Positions 13,400-28,168 are shown, counted from the first letter of the stretch. The stretch is 64,000 nucleotides of DNA from Cycas panzhihuaensis (GCA_023213395.1 CM041465.1:195183741-195247740), one strand, 5' to 3'. Notes: generated by a model from the sequence alone, not told the origin. Numbers and translations: made by a program.

Positions 13400-16300
13400 T
13401 TTCTTAGGATGTAAAATTCAGTTAACCAACATATCAATGTTCTTAAGCAAAAGACTTCTTATGGCTTTGTAATTGAACAAATGAGGCTTAATGCTTAAGG
13501 ATGCAACTTTAAATTTAGAAAATGAAAAACAAAGGAATATCTCACAATTTTAAAAATAAATAATTTAGTAGGAAAAATATAAAAGCACACCCCTCTATCT
13601 CTGTAACTAAGTTATCAAGCTCAAAACCTAAGTATATAGGGGCATAAAAATATAAGTATAAGGAATTTATTGTCTTGATATTTGAGCCTTCAATGAAAGG
13701 GAAGATAAATAGTCATTATTCATGATCTGTTACCTCTTAGCATTCTTCACTTTGTCTTTGGTAGGAGATTATTGAGAGGGACAGAGAGAGCAAAATAATA
13801 TTGAGTTAAGTAACATAAACAAAGACCCAAATTTTTAATAAGGACATTGATGAAAGAGGGTCTTTATTATAGAGATTTTTCAAGAGGAGATTGATGGGAA
13901 GATAGAAGGCAGATAAAATTTATATAAATACTCTTAAGACAATTAAGTTTTACTTGTGTAATCTCAGATTCAACTATACAGAGTGGTTGAGAGCTATAGG
14001 ATTGAATCTTGATTAAAATATATATGATAAAGGAGCTTTACAAGATTAATCTCTTGGCCAATGATGTAAAGCAGATAGTTTTTGCAGGAACATTTTTTGG
14101 TTTAGCTTCTTAGGGTAGGTAAATTTTACATAAATATTCTTAGGTTCAAATTTACAAAGCTAATAAAATAGCACTTAAAGTACTCCTTTAGGATTTTACC
14201 TCCATCCCATATAAGAGAAATATTTATAAGTAGCATATATAGGTATAACCATTAATATTTGAATCTCATTAGACTATCTTGAAGATCCTAAAGTATAGAT
14301 TTAGTTTAGAGGGTTTTAACAAGGAGTCTCCATTCCTTGAGGGTTGAGGAGTCCCCTTTCTATATTTGTTTTGATATATATTTGGGTTGAGGAGTCTCCA
14401 TTTCATATGAGGCTTGAGAGTCCACTCTTAAATAATTTATAGGTGCATGAGTGATACATATATGGTATGGATTCACTACCTCATGCCTGGATAGGTTGTA
14501 TGGTATGGAACATAGTGCTCATAAAGATGAGAGCTAGTGATCATACATGTAGATATTATATGGTATGAAACACATAACCATTACTTTTATGTGTTGTATG
14601 GTATGGGACACATAGGGTCACATGGAGAGATAACCCAGAGAGTTTGACTCAGTGGTGGTGCATGTGTGGTTAGCATCTCCAAATAGAGTATAAGAACTGA
14701 TTTGTAATAGAAAATTTAGAAACAGTCAAGTTGTAATTATTATACTATCACTTTTAAGCATAATCCTTAAATTGAAATGTAACCAACATTTAAGAAAATA
14801 TATTAACAATGGTTGAATTGTAGTAAAGAATTCAAAAGAATAAAATAGTTTAGTAGTGTTTGGAGGTGTACTATAAGACTCATATTTAATTAACATTGTT
14901 TAGTTTATGTTTTTAACTAATGAAGGCTTTTATGGTAGCTTTAGGGCTATGAATGAAGTGATTTACCAATCCTCCAATGTTCATATCATATGCTCTAGCT
15001 TAAAGGAGCTTTCCTACCTTGGAATGCTATTGGTTGGCCAATGAATCCATCTAAAATAATATGGTTATTTCTCTCTTTTTTTAGTTGAAATAATTATATA
15101 CAAGATACACTAATGGTGATTTATATTGTTATGCTTCTTGTTATCTTTTATGGAATTCAATGTTGCTATAATGGTTATTGAACTCTACTTGGAAACATTA
15201 GTAATCTCTTAAACTAATAGTATCTTTGGGTATACAATTTTCTATTATACGTGATTTGTAAAAATTCTAGTTTTAGCTTCCACAATTTAAGCAGTTTAGT
15301 AGATGTTAGATTAGTTGTGAGACTTAGGTGAATCATAACTAATCAAGGTCACAACTAACCATAAGAAGCCACAATTATTTTTGATATCTAGCCTAAGTTG
15401 GAAGTTACCAAGAACTTATCATAGCAAAAGTTGAAAGCCATCTAGGCATTAATAGGGTAAACCGTAGGAACTTACACTTGTTATAGGTTTATAACAAAGA
15501 AATAGCTTGGAAGCTTATATAACTAGTAAAGAATTTGATAAAGCTCTAAAATTGAGTAAAAACAAAAAATACTAGGACTTTAAGAAGAAAGCTTATAAAG
15601 AGATTGTGTTCAATATGGGAGTACAACTTATTAGAGCTTCAAGATAATAAATGTTATGAGACTATGAAACTCTAACAATGTTTTTGTATAACAACAATGA
15701 TCTCATAGCTAAAGCATTTCAAGTTGTGATAAGAGGTTGGTAACAATCTTTTTTGGTGTTAGAGGTGGTTACAAATTTAACATATTATAGTTGAAATATG
15801 ATAGATTTGTTGTTAAGATTCCATAAGTTACAACTTGACATATTTGTTGTTAAGGATTAATGAGTGATAAACTTGACAAGATTACTATTAAGGTTCTAAA
15901 AGATAAAACTTAACAGATTGATGAGTTGAAACATTAATAAACTACTATTAAGAGTTTATAAATTGAAGCATTGATTGATTACCAATAGGGTATCATAAAT
16001 TAAAATATTGACAAATTGTTATTAGGGTTTCATAAATTAAAACTTGATAGATTTCTTAATTATAAGGAAACCCTAATTTAGTAAGCAAGAGACACCATGG
16101 AGGCAAGGGGAGTATTTCATGAAGAGGATGCTAAAATGACTCATGAAAAACAAGATGATCTCTACCTTAAAAACATAAACACAAAGGAGAATTTAAGATA
16201 GAGAGGAGCCCATTAAAATGACCTTTTAAAAGTCCTAGTGGAGATTATTTATAATGTACTAGATCCACTAAGGAGTTACAAGGAGGATAATGGAAGTATT

Positions 16301-18200
16301 TTAAGAAGGCATGAGGAGATGTTCCACAACATCTAACAAATAATTAAGTAAGAGTAGAATAAGAGAACTTAATATATTAGGAGCAATGGGAGGACATGTA
16401 GGCCTTGGGAGCTTTAAACTCATGAGCATACCAATAGAAGAGACAAGAGGAAAGGCAACAAATATATAATAAACCATGAGTTCCCAAACATGGAATTCTC
16501 TAATGAAACTCCTAAGAGAGGAGAATGAAGAGGTAAGAGGAGCACACTTCAGTATGAGATTAAGAAGGTTAAGCCACCCTCCTCTAATGGAAAGATTAAG
16601 AGTGAAGGAGAAGTTAAAGCATGGTTGCTTAGCATTAAGAAGCAATTTGGACTACATGATCTCAATTTTAATGAGAAGGTAAGGATTGATATTTACCAAT
16701 TAACATGTAAGATCTTTGTGGTGGGAACATCACAAAAGGTTAAGAACATCTAGGAGAGAAGGATAGTATGCATTAGGGTAGGCCCCTAAGACCTTGAAGG
16801 AGAGAAAGGATCCTTTTAAAATAAGTAAAAAGGAAACAACTTGGCATGAGCCCTTGACTCCCTCCTAAATGGAAGGGAGATGGCCTCTTATATGCCTGTA
16901 GAAAGGGAGAAGTCTAACTAACAACTAACTAAGTGAATAATAGGCATTAATAAAAAAGAAATAAGAAATAAAGATCATTTAATCCCTACCTACCTCTCTT
17001 AAAGAGACAAATAATAAATAAGAGCTCCCAAAGATGGGAGAGTCACTAGGACCCTTATCATAAATGTAGATAAACCTAGGTCTCCTAAACTCTATTAACT
17101 CCCCACCCTCTTAAAGGAAAGACTTAACTTAGATCCACCCCAAAAGAAAGATGAAAAAATTATGATGTGCTATCTAAAGAGTGGGATGATTAATAAATAA
17201 AGAGATTTAAGAGATCTCAGACCTTAGATTAATGACCCGCTCATAGGTTAACTAGTGGAGACTCCCTCACTCGGTGATGATCCACCCATAAAGGTGGATG
17301 ACCCAAGGATACTCACATATGATTTTAGTAAATTTCTCATGCTCATAGGGTGAAAAAGAGAGAGAGAAAATTGCTTTCAATTATAAGTGCAGTGTAAGCT
17401 CCCCTGACTCTATATAGTCAAGATAGTTGTTTGTCACCTTGTGAATTAGAACACAATGAGAGTATTTACTCTTAAGAGATGAGGAGTTTGTACACTGGGG
17501 GTGTTAATTCCTAGTCGATCAAAAACTCTCTCAATAAGAGAACAAGGCCTAACCTAAGGGAAATAAGCAAATAACACACACCTAAGTGCAAACTAAGGAT
17601 GCTTTCTTTATTTAAATGCACATGACATATAACCTAAACTACAGAAAATAATACACAACCCAACAAAGTAACCTAAGCTAATATGTATAATATAAACTAT
17701 ATGCTTATATTCCTTTCCTCTTTTTCTCTTTTTGTTTTATTTTAAGCTAATGCAAGTGATGCCTTCCTAAATATACATATGCAAGAAAGTATAAAGAATT
17801 CTTTTATTACACTTATGCTTATCCTAGATTCAAGTGTGTGAAAGTTCTTTAATCTCATTCTCTTTCAAATTATTTAATTAAGAAGGAAATACTACTAAAT
17901 GCTCTTTTGCTTTTTCTTTTCTCTTTAAATTAAAATGAACACATACATGGAAATATTTTTCTTTCTTTTAGTGCAAACATATACAAGCATCAAACAATTA
18001 AGAGAGGCAAATATTACATAAAGTTATACAATGGTTATATGTAACCTTCATTCTTTCTCTTTTTATTCTAGTTATACTAACATGCAAAAGGTACAACTAT
18101 GTGATAAGGCCTAAAGAAAGATAGTGGATGAGAAAGTCAGTACTTTTTCTTTTCATTTATCATTAATACATGTCTCCCTCAAGTCTAGTGTTTTCCACTT
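13400..18200. mobile_element. Highly degraded LTR-retrotransposon remnants (Ty3/gypsy gag-like trace at ~16300-16740, plus strand)
   Basis: A decayed reading resembles retrotrans_gag (..AWLLSIKKQF..KVRI..YQL..WWEH). The surrounding sequence is CpG-depleted and stop-rich. Boundaries are approximate. Confidence 0.4.
15790..16055. repeat. Degenerate ~37 bp tandem repeat (about 7 units)
   Basis: Recurring units resembling ttgacagatttgttgttaagg...ataagttaaaac. Confidence 0.6.
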
Positions 18201-21068
18201 TCAACAAGCATGTTAGGATAAAGAAAATCTAACCACTACTATTTATGATGAACTTAAGTTTTTTATAAAAAGATAAATTTTTTAACCAAAATTTTGGTAG
18301 TATTTATGTTTCACTTTGAGAATTTTGGTGGAAAAAGAGTATAAAAGAGGATTAAAATCCTAAATAGATAAACATCTAAATGAAATACTGAGAATCAAGT
18401 TAGTGAAACTTTAAAATTAGAAATGAACATGCCATTAGCTCGAGATCTATGTAATAACACCTTGAATAATTTCAAAATGAAATAAATGAGTACCTTTCAA
18501 ATAGATCAAGCAAACAAAATTAATCAAAGATATCATTTCTTGCCAACATAGCATAGAACATAGAATGTGAAGGGAGGGGTGCCTTAGATCTGTGTAATAT
18601 AGCCTCTAAGTTGCCTTAAAATCATATTCTAGCTAGCCTTGAAGGTAAATAAATCAATTTGTGAAGAAGAAATGTAAGAAGATGAAGAGATTCAACTAAA
18701 ATATAAAAGAGAAATAAGAGGAGGGTATGGTAAATATGAGAAGGGATATGGATTTGGGTGGGATCACTTTGAAATCCCCTCTTACAAATACCCTGAATTA
18801 TCCTTCAAGTAATCTTAATTAGTGTTAAAAAGGTCTCAAAATGATCAATTAAAAATTTATTAATGTTTAGTTACATATTTCTTCCTCCATTTTTATAAAA
18901 TAGTGGCACCATTTATAAAAAAATGAGAGGGGGAGGGCTTAAGGAAAAACCATAGATTGATCTCCCATGGTTTTACCAAAAATCGCAATTGAAAAATCCA
19001 GAAAATGTGAAGTATGGGCTTTATTTTTTTTTAATTTATGCCATTAACACTTAAAAACATGATGAATAAAAGAAAATACGACATTGAGAAAGCGAAAATT
19101 ATAATAATATGAATAAAACATAATGAATCATCAAAAAACACAATCTAATTACATTTTGAAGGTTGTAAAAATTATGAAAGACATGACCATCAATGAAAAA
19201 TATAATCTGGTAACATTTTAGTTATTGTAACTGAAAGACATTATCATCAATAAAAAACATAATCTAACAACATTTTAGTTGTTGTAATTACTGCAAAAAA
19301 AACAATATTACATGTAAATGTAATAAATTAAATTGATCACATTTTATGTATAATATCATATTTTTTGCACCTTCAAAAACATGATATTACATGTAAAATG
19401 TGATAAATTTTATTCATCACATTTTATGTATAATATCACATTATTCGCAAGTCAAAAAAATGTAATAAGTCAACATCAATAAACTAAGTTACATTTCATC
19501 ATGAAAAAAAGTTAGAAAAAGGCTTATGAGAATTTAGAAAAGGCAAAATCATCCATCAAGGTTATGGAATAAAAATAACCAATTAATGAAACATGTATTT
19601 AACAATCACATCATTAGAAAAGGGGGTTGGAACAATCTCTCATAGCAAACTTAGAGTTATTATATAATTTTACATATAAAGATCTACATCATAGGTAAGA
19701 TAAAGGAATCTAAATCACACACCATAGACATCCATCAAAGCACTATAGTATGCAACTAATAATCAAACAAGTTACTAAACCAAACAATGCTAGTAAATAG
19801 AGTAAGTAATGAAACTTGGTTATATTAAAAGAGGTGGGGCACGATGAAACATTTACCCTCTTGGCAACATAAGCTATACCAATGGTGAACATCTCCAACC
19901 TTACCCTTAAAATTATTTACTCTAGGACTTGGATTATCTATGCTACCTTCTGGGTGGCCTACTAGGAATGAGATGGGTGAGAAGATCTTTGATGTAGAGA
20001 AGAAATGCTTAATTCTACCTAGAAAACACTATCTAGTCTTATGGAACACCATTACATTTTGTTATTTTTGTGGAGTTTTTTTTTTAGTGATTTTTGGTTT
20101 TTAAAGGTCTAAATTATAATATAGAAACCAAAGGAATATGAGCATGTTGTAGTGAACCTACCCATAGTTTTACCTCATTAGTGGTTGATCTTTAGAGGGA
20201 GTACATATTATAATTTATCCTTTTTAGCAACCATTTCATATTCTCAAGTGATTGAGAGCACAAAGCCTCAGAACAACTTTTGTGGTAGGGGTCCTAAGGA
20301 CTAGAAATAATATAAAATTTGGAATATGAGATTGAAATGGGCTCATTTGATTATAAACACTAATATGTTTTTATGAGGCCCATTTTTTTAGCCCTTAATT
20401 ATCCTACCTCATTAATGGGGGGGCTTAAAATGAAAAGGCCAAATGAAAAAATGTTCCCTCTCAAAGAAAAAGGAGGAAAGTTATGGACTTAAATGAGTGA
20501 GAAAATATGGTTTCAATGTTTATTTGATGAATAAGGTTGTAATTGGAATGGTTTTCATTTCAAGCAGGGGGGCTTATATACCTAAAACTTGGAGAACTTT
20601 AAATTATTTGTTATTTGAGTTCATTGAAGTCAAAGGTCTTCCAAGGCACCTTTTTTAGCATCCTAGGAGATCTAATCATTAGATTGGCAATTATCAAGCC
20701 CTAATAGACCAATATCAATGTGATGGTGGCTAGTACGAGGTACTTGATTGGTTTTTTACCTTATTTTAAAATTTTATTTTAGTGAAACATGTGATGTTTC
20801 AATGAAAAATATGAAAAAGCTATTCATGAAACGTAGTTTTATATGTGAGAAATGTAATAAAATAATTCATTATATTTTTCAACAAAAGATCATATTTTAT
20901 ATATAGTTTATCATAATTTTTATGATAACATTATATTTTTCAAATGGCATTAGTGAACATTTTAGATTGTATTATCATGTCTTTCAAATAAAAATTGCAA
21001 TAAATTATTTTTAAAATTTTTTATCAAAATTTTCATCCTGTAGAACTAATTTTTTGTATTATTTAATT

Positions 21069-24000
21069 TATTAGAATTTGAAATATGGAGCTTTGATACC
21101 ATGCTAGAAAATGAACATGGCTCTAATACCATATTAGAATTTGAACATATAGTACATATAAAGGATATAATGGTGAGTAAAAGATATAATAATAAAGCTC
21201 AAGTAAGATAAAGTATATACAATAAATAAACACAAGATATAGAGAATTAACCAAAACTCAAATTAGAAAGAATGATAGTGTACATACTAATAATACAAGC
21301 TTACCATTAGTAAGAGAACCTGATTGGTCAATCTAGAGGTGGTGCACATCTCTGTATGGCCCATAACCTTAAATATAAAATACACATAATATAGAGAGAT
21401 ATTATATAAAGGTAATTATGTAATTAGATATTACAACCAACATTTCCCCCTTGTAATAGTCAATTACATAATGAAATATCACATTAAATAATAAGTGTTG
21501 AGTCTTCAAATGATATTTTAATCAAATACTGCTGCAATAGTATAATAAGTTATTGATGCCCATATGAAGTGAAATCCATCTACTAGAATGTATGGGTAAC
21601 TAGCTGTTGCAACTACCAATTGAGTAGGAACTTCTTTTATATATGTGGTTTAATCAACGCCAGCAAGACTAGCTGTATCAATGTCCCACCTCTTGCTTAT
21701 ATGGGAATACAAGCAGTCTTTAAATAAAAAGTACCAAGTCTTCAAATAAGTTGGATTATAACATGCTACAATAATATAATAAGTTATTGATGTCCATATG
21801 AAGAGAACACCATTCACTAAACCACATGGGTAGCTAATTGCTATGACTACTAGTTAACTAGGATGTTCATTTGTATACATGGATCAATCAGTGCCAACAG
21901 GAGTAGCTATAATAGTGACCCACCCCTTGCTTATATGGGAATGCAAACAATCTTTAAATGAAAAATGTGAAGTCTTCAAATAAGCTAAATTATAATCTAT
22001 TGTAATGATATAATGAGCTACTGATTTCCATATGAAGAGAACATTATCTACATAACCACATGGGTAGTTAACGTTGTGACCACCGGTTAACTAGGATGTT
22101 CCTTTGTGTACATGCATAAAGAGTAATTGTAACAATGTCCTACCCCTTGATTGTATGAGAATACAAGCAGTATTCAGATGGCCTTAAATTACCTCATGGG
22201 CTGAAAACATGCCTCTTTGGGCTTATATCATGCCATCGTAGGCTTACATCATGCTTTATGGGTTGAAAAACTAGCAATAGTGTTAATACATGATTAGAAA
22301 GATAGATGTGACTCAAATTCAACATGAATGACTCTCTCTCATTTAATGAAACTTAAAATGGGTTCTCTAGAGCTAAAAAAATGAGACCTTAGTACATGTT
22401 ATTCCCCTCCCATTTGGGGTACATCATATAAACAAATATCATAGAGCCTTGAAAATACATATATGTGCCTGAAGAAGTTGAAAAAAAATGAAGAAAACTA
22501 AAAATTTCTAACTTTGAACTAAAATTTCTACATAAAAACAACTCTAAATAGTATTAAGTAACTTACCAAAAGAAAGATCTCTTAGGTATGAATCCAATGC
22601 AACCAACGAGACAGAAAAAGGAGCCTCCTAGTTCAAGTTATCATAAAAAATATGATAGGGACTCCATAAAATGTGAAAATCAGGGGTTAAGCCCCTTTTG
22701 CTAGCTGGCGACTGGTCATGTATCACCTCCATGTGACTAGTGGTTAACACACAAAGGGGCTAGGTGGACCTAAAAAGATTATTAAATATGGTTAAATCCA
22801 TCTTTGAATTTGCAAAACAAAAAAATCATGTGAATTAGATAAAATATCACGTCTGCACCCAACGCAATCCAAAAAAATATTATGAGTAATTAAATTTAAC
22901 ATTATAACTTTGAAAAATAAGTAAATCCCTAAATATTTAGGGTTTTCCCATAATGAATTTGATCTACTACCATTAAACTTCATCGTTCAGCCATCATGGA
23001 TTTTGATTGTAGGTCGATGTAGGTAATCGATCACCATCTCCTTCCTAATCTACTCATGCAGGGATATGGCGTACGATCTTTGGAGGAGAGATAAAAGCTT
23101 TTAAGGTTCTTAAAAAGCAAGAATTTAGGCAAGGAGCCCATATATAAACCATTTATTCCATTGGCCTAAATTTGGCTAAACTAGAAATTTCTTCCACGAA
23201 CCTACCATGAAATGTCGGGTAAAATATGCTCTCTCCTGATGATAACCTAATTGAGCAATGGCATTGGTAATACTAATACATATAAGACATTTTTACTTCA
23301 CCTCCCTTGGGTTATTATTATCAGAATACTTATTTGAGGTTGTAGGTAAGCACTACAACCGATTTATAGACCTATAAATGCCTTCTAATCTAATCTCGAG
23401 ATTACCAATCACCATTCCACAGTCAACCCATCTATAGAGCACACAAAGTAATCTAATGAAAGTAGCCCAACCCCAAAGATCAAATGTTAAATAATCTAGA
23501 TAGACTAAAGAACAAATATTTGATGCCCTTTTATTAAAAATTAGATTGTGCATGTAGGGTTTGGATGGCCTGTGACTAAATCTATATTTATAGAGTCCCA
23601 GACAATGAAGAATCCAGAAGGTGTCTATTTGACGTATAGAACTGGTTTTCTTAGGCTTGTGGGCAATATGGTGGATGGTAAAGACTGACTTTTAGAATAT
23701 GAATGTCTTTGCCTTAGATTTCTTAAGACATTATGTAATGGCAAGATGGGAGTTCTCTTCAATAATTCTCATAATAACAAGAGGGAAACCGGTAATAAAC
23801 TATTACATGGAGTTCTCTTTTTCATATATAAATCCATGGTTTCATTTCCCTTTTTTTTTTTTTTTAAATACATATAAAGAATAATTTTAAACATATATAT
23901 AACTTCAATTAACCAATAGAACTCAACAGTGGCTAGGGCTTCAAATTTTTCAAAATAAATAATGGCATGCGAACCTGCTAATTCTATGCTATAGTTCTAT

Positions 24001-24952
24001 TCCTCAATCTTAAAACTTGCATAATAGTTAGCAGTTGTAGTGGAAACATCTACAACTAATATTACAAACAACTATTACAAGAATTTTATTTTGATAGCAA
24101 ATAAACATCTTCTACAGGGTAATTAGGCCTACAACAAGTGTAAAATCTGCTCATCTTTTTCTTTAAGAAATAACTTCAAACTTATACTTTTGTGATTATA
24201 AATGACACAACTACATGCTCAGAAAATGGGCTTGCATACACCATGAAATCTGGTCACAAATGCATATAAAAAATGCAACTTCAAAATCTTCAAAAATAGT
24301 CTTCAAAATAAAGCTTCAAGATTGCCTTTGATTGGCAACTCCAAATGGGTTTAAAATAACCCTTAAATAATATCAAAACAACCCTTCAATGATGGAAATA
24401 ACCCTAAATATTTCAAAAAACACTCCATTTTAAAAATATATATGAGGTTGACTTCAAATAACTTGAAATGATCTTTAATGAATAATGATCATGTCACAAA
24501 GCAGATACACCAAAAAATTAATAAGGCTTCTAAAAGAAATCTAAATGATAACATATATAAGGCTTTGTAATAATTTCTTCAAGGATTCAACCTTGAACTC
24601 TAATACCATGTTAGAATTTAAAATATAGGACTCTAATACCATGTTACAATTTAAACATGCAATACATATAAAGGATATAATGGTGAGTAAAAAATATAAC
24701 AATGAAGTTTAAATAAGATAAAGTATATACAACAATTAAACACAAGATATGGATAATTGGCCAAAACTCAAACTAGAAAGAATGATAGTACACACACTTA
24801 TAGTACAAGCTCACCATTAGTGAGAGAACTTTATTGGTCAATTTAGAGGTGGCACACATCTCTATGTGGTCTACAACCTCAAATATAAAATACATATAAT
24901 ATAAAGAGAGATTACATGAGGGTAATTATGTAATTGGGTATTGCACCCAACG
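21069..24952 (-). mobile_element. Non-autonomous LTR retroelement (LARD/TRIM-like) with reiterated PBS at the LTR ends
   Basis: Direct repeats at ~21069-21442 and ~24608-24952. PPT (minus caagggggaaa) at 21453-21443. tRNA-iMet PBS-like copies at ~21090-21101, 21120-21131, 24596-24607 and 24630-24641. Near-TSD taatt/tgatt. No pol domains recognised inside. Confidence 0.75.
21500..22180. repeat. Three tandem ~236 bp units inside the non-autonomous LTR element
   Basis: Units start at (a/g)agtcttcaaat near 21500, 21737 and 21971, and share ccatatgaag, atgggta and atgggaatacaagcagt. Confidence 0.8.
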
Positions 24953-24959
24953 TGATTTT

Positions 24960-26230
24960 ATAGAGATTGACATATATGGACACTTGAGAGAATGAGGGAT
25001 GATTATTGAAGCCACTCCTTAATGCCTTTACATTAACAAAGTAACTTATCTTATGACAGTGTGACCTTGTTTGTGCTAGTAGGTCCATTTAGCTAGTGAT
25101 GGACAATGATCTTTTGGTGGACTTTATTAGTAGTTAGTCAATGGTAAATTCATTAACATGGGTGATATTATTAGGATAACTACTTGAGATGTGGATAAAA
25201 TATTAAGTGTGTCTTAGTAAGGGCATCTAGTGGTACTAATATAAATGCATACTGATGATGACCACTAAGCAATAATCAACTAGTATATGACTAGCTTTAT
25301 AGATTAATTTGGCCACTATAATATAATAGTTTTAAATTTCAAGGATGCTTAGGGTATACCTACCCTTAAGAAGGTAATTACCCTTATCATCATGTTTCAT
25401 ATCACTAGGATATAACACTATATGGGATTGCTTAATCATTAGGTAAGGGTGATCTAGTAGTATGAGGCAAGTGTCAAATTAGATTGGGTCAAATTTATTA
25501 TAAGTAACATATGCTACTATCTAACCAAGGCTCAATGTAAGGACATAAGTGGCTTCTCTTATAACTCTATTATCATTTATTTACTCTTTAACCACATCCC
25601 CATAAAATGCCTAACTAGTACACTAAGGGATTTAAGAGTTATAAATCTAATGATGAACTAGCAAAGCATGAGGTTCTAGGATTAAGGATGAGAGGAGGTC
25701 AAAGTGAGGAGCTTAAAGTCACCTTAGCTAGATCACATTACTCTAAACTAGTTGGCATAAGATCCCTATGATGGTATAATCCCATGGACAGATGATAAGG
25801 CTAATATAATATAGGTAACAATACATGTACCTCCACCAAATGATAGGGATGGCAGTGGAGCAATAGGTAGAGATGGGCTTGCACTAGAAGTAAAGGCTAC
25901 ATAGGTATTTTAGTAGATGGTTAGGGTAGAGGGAGAGATTGGTGGAGTAGCACATTGAGTTAGAGGAGAGGGGGTTGCTCCTTAATAGGGGGAGGATGTA
26001 ATTAAGTAACTAGTTAGAGGTAATGACAATCCTTCTTGATAAGAGAGTTAGTCAATCAAGCAAGGAGTTGGAGATAATGAGGCTCCTTCCCAATAAAGGG
26101 GAGGTAGAGATAGACATTAATTATAATGTAGAGCAGATCCACTTGCCAAATTAGAGTCTTCTGATGAGGGTATGCTATTCTTTATGTTACTTTTTCTTTT
26201 ATTACTTTCCTATTGAGGTATTATTTAATG

Positions 26231-26270
<40 letters not shown>

Positions 26271-26900
26271 CTTATATGCATGCATGTGTTTGAGAGAGAG
26301 AGAGAGAGACTAATTCATTCATGGTGTTTGGCTTATAGATGGGAAGTGATGGAGGGCACTTGTGTTTGAAAGGCTTTAGATGGTCTTCTACCATTTTCAT
26401 ACAACCAACATGACCCTTTAGCATAGTAGGAGGTTAGATCCCTAGTTTTTGGGTAGGCGCACATAACATTTTGCACCTACTATTAGAGCTCGAAAAATGT
26501 ACTAACACATGTAGGAGGAGATAATAACTATTGTAGTACAAGTAGGTGTGTGAGAGGCATAGGTAGGTGTGTTAGAGGTGCGAGTAGGCTTATTATAGGC
26601 ACAATTAAAAGCTATAGAGAATAAGAAAGCTTACTTGTGATGGGTGGTATTAACACAAATAGGAGCACAACCCAATAGGATACACTCATAGAGTTAGAGC
26701 ATCTAGCAATGTACCCATACCCATAGAGGAGAGTACTCCTAGACACACACCTACATGGGTGAGGGAGAGGGAGATAGAGGGGGAGATATGAGTCAACTCT
26801 ATGGGAACAGGAAAAGGGCCACCTGAGCTCAATATTGAGCATGATACACATGCCCATAGAAATTGCAAGACCATGCGATGATGTACTATTGTATTATATA
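24960..26900 (+). pseudogene. Possible decayed plant-mobile-domain (PMD)-like, intron-containing TE gene
   Basis: At ~25437-25466 the sequence reads H*VRVI**YE, resembling the PMD motif H.P.RV.RQFG after C>T decay. An apparent intron at 26170-26338 contains (TA)n and (GA)n tracts. Weak evidence. Confidence 0.25.
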
Positions 26901-27109
26901 TTGTAGCATTTGTGATATTAATGTATATAGAGACATATTTTTTTCTTTTCTCATATGTGATGTAATATTATCTCAATATCTTTATCCTTGGTCTCCCCCC
27001 TATCCCCTTGATGATTAGTCTTATAGATGCATATAAGTCTTTTTTCAAGTGATTATGTTTGAATACTTTTGGGTTTTATGTATTTTCTTTTTTCTCTAAT
27101 ATAATATGT

Positions 27110-27300
27110 ACATTCAATTTATACTCATAATAGAGTGCTTAACTAGTTTATACTCATTGTAAAGTGTGTTATGCCCCCAAGTACAAGTATTAGGGGAGGA
27201 GTAGCTAGTTTATATTCATCATGGAGTAGGTAATGTCCCCAAACATGAGTCTTGGAGGGAGAAGTAACTAGTTTATACTCACCATGGAGTGGGTGATGCC
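27110..27300. repeat. ~62 bp tandem repeat (about 3 units) in the 3' region of the Tat element
   Basis: Repeated ctagtttatactca...ggagt...atgcccc. Confidence 0.6.
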
Positions 27301-27349
27301 CTCAACTTGGGCCGACAAGGCTAAGAGTAATGGTGCTTTAGGATATGGG

Positions 27350-27720
27350 ATATAAGCAAGCCAACTTTAACATTTTGACTATGTGAAGCATATTAAATAG
27401 AAGCAAAAGAAAATTGAGATAGTAAGGACATATCAGTAGATAAAAGAGTATACAAATTACAAAGTATGTTTGATAAGCATACGCGAACTGGTATATGATA
27501 ATTTAAGAATCAAAGAAAAGATTGATTAGGGCATTATAAAATTGTAAGGTATCACTTAGGGCAATTATGATAGTTATGTACTCAACTATGTTGTTAGTTA
27601 CTTTAGGAAGAAAGATTCTAACATTGGTTAGGACATTACCCATTTGGTCATGGATAAAACATGTGGCAATAGGCAGCCATAGGTTTCCTTGGCCTCCTCC
27701 ATCAATATGAATGTTCAATG
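27350..27720 (-). pseudogene. Decayed additional (archaeal-type) RNase H (aRH) of a Tat Ty3/gypsy element
   Basis: IHIDGGGQGN...TNNIVEY...IALSD...FFDS matches the RNase HI pattern DG...GNPG, TNNxAEY, DS. Confidence 0.7.
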
Positions 27721-27850
27721 CTATAGGAGTAGGAAATAATAACTTAGAGATAAGCTAAGGAATAAGGGGATGGCATGGGAATCAACCTACATAGATGTGA
27801 CTTAAATCAAATGGATTTGCTTCAACTCTAAAGTCTTAACATGAGTAAGA

Positions 27851-28168
27851 TGAAAGAGAAAGAGGTTAATGCATCAAGATCATTTGTGTAGATTAATTAT
27901 ATGACCTTAGGATATATTATTAGCATTAGTCTCTTAATGAAATGTACTTTATGTGCATTTAGATGTAATTTTGGGTTCATGTCATTAGGCGGAAAAATTC
28001 TAACCCTAATGCTCACCCTCAATAATAAAAGGAGAAATCTCAAGGAGGGAGTCATTATTCATTCTCACCTCCAAGCTTGCTCTTATATCTTGTTTTATCT
28101 TCTTTGTCATTTTCCATTACCATTGTATGCATGTGAGTGATTTATCTCCTAGATCCATCATTCCTTCA
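27851..28168 (+). repeat. 5' LTR of copia copy A
   Basis: Direct repeat of 35156-35467 (about 17 substitutions by manual count, plus a 6-bp gaaaga duplication). Confidence 0.93.

Noticed and set aside
18900-21050. AT-rich short repeats with partial inverted similarity, suggesting DNA-transposon subterminal arrays
   Set aside because: No terminal inverted repeats, TSD or transposase could be identified.
27901-28140. 79-aa ORF repeated at 35200-35439
   Set aside because: Chance frame within the paired LTRs.
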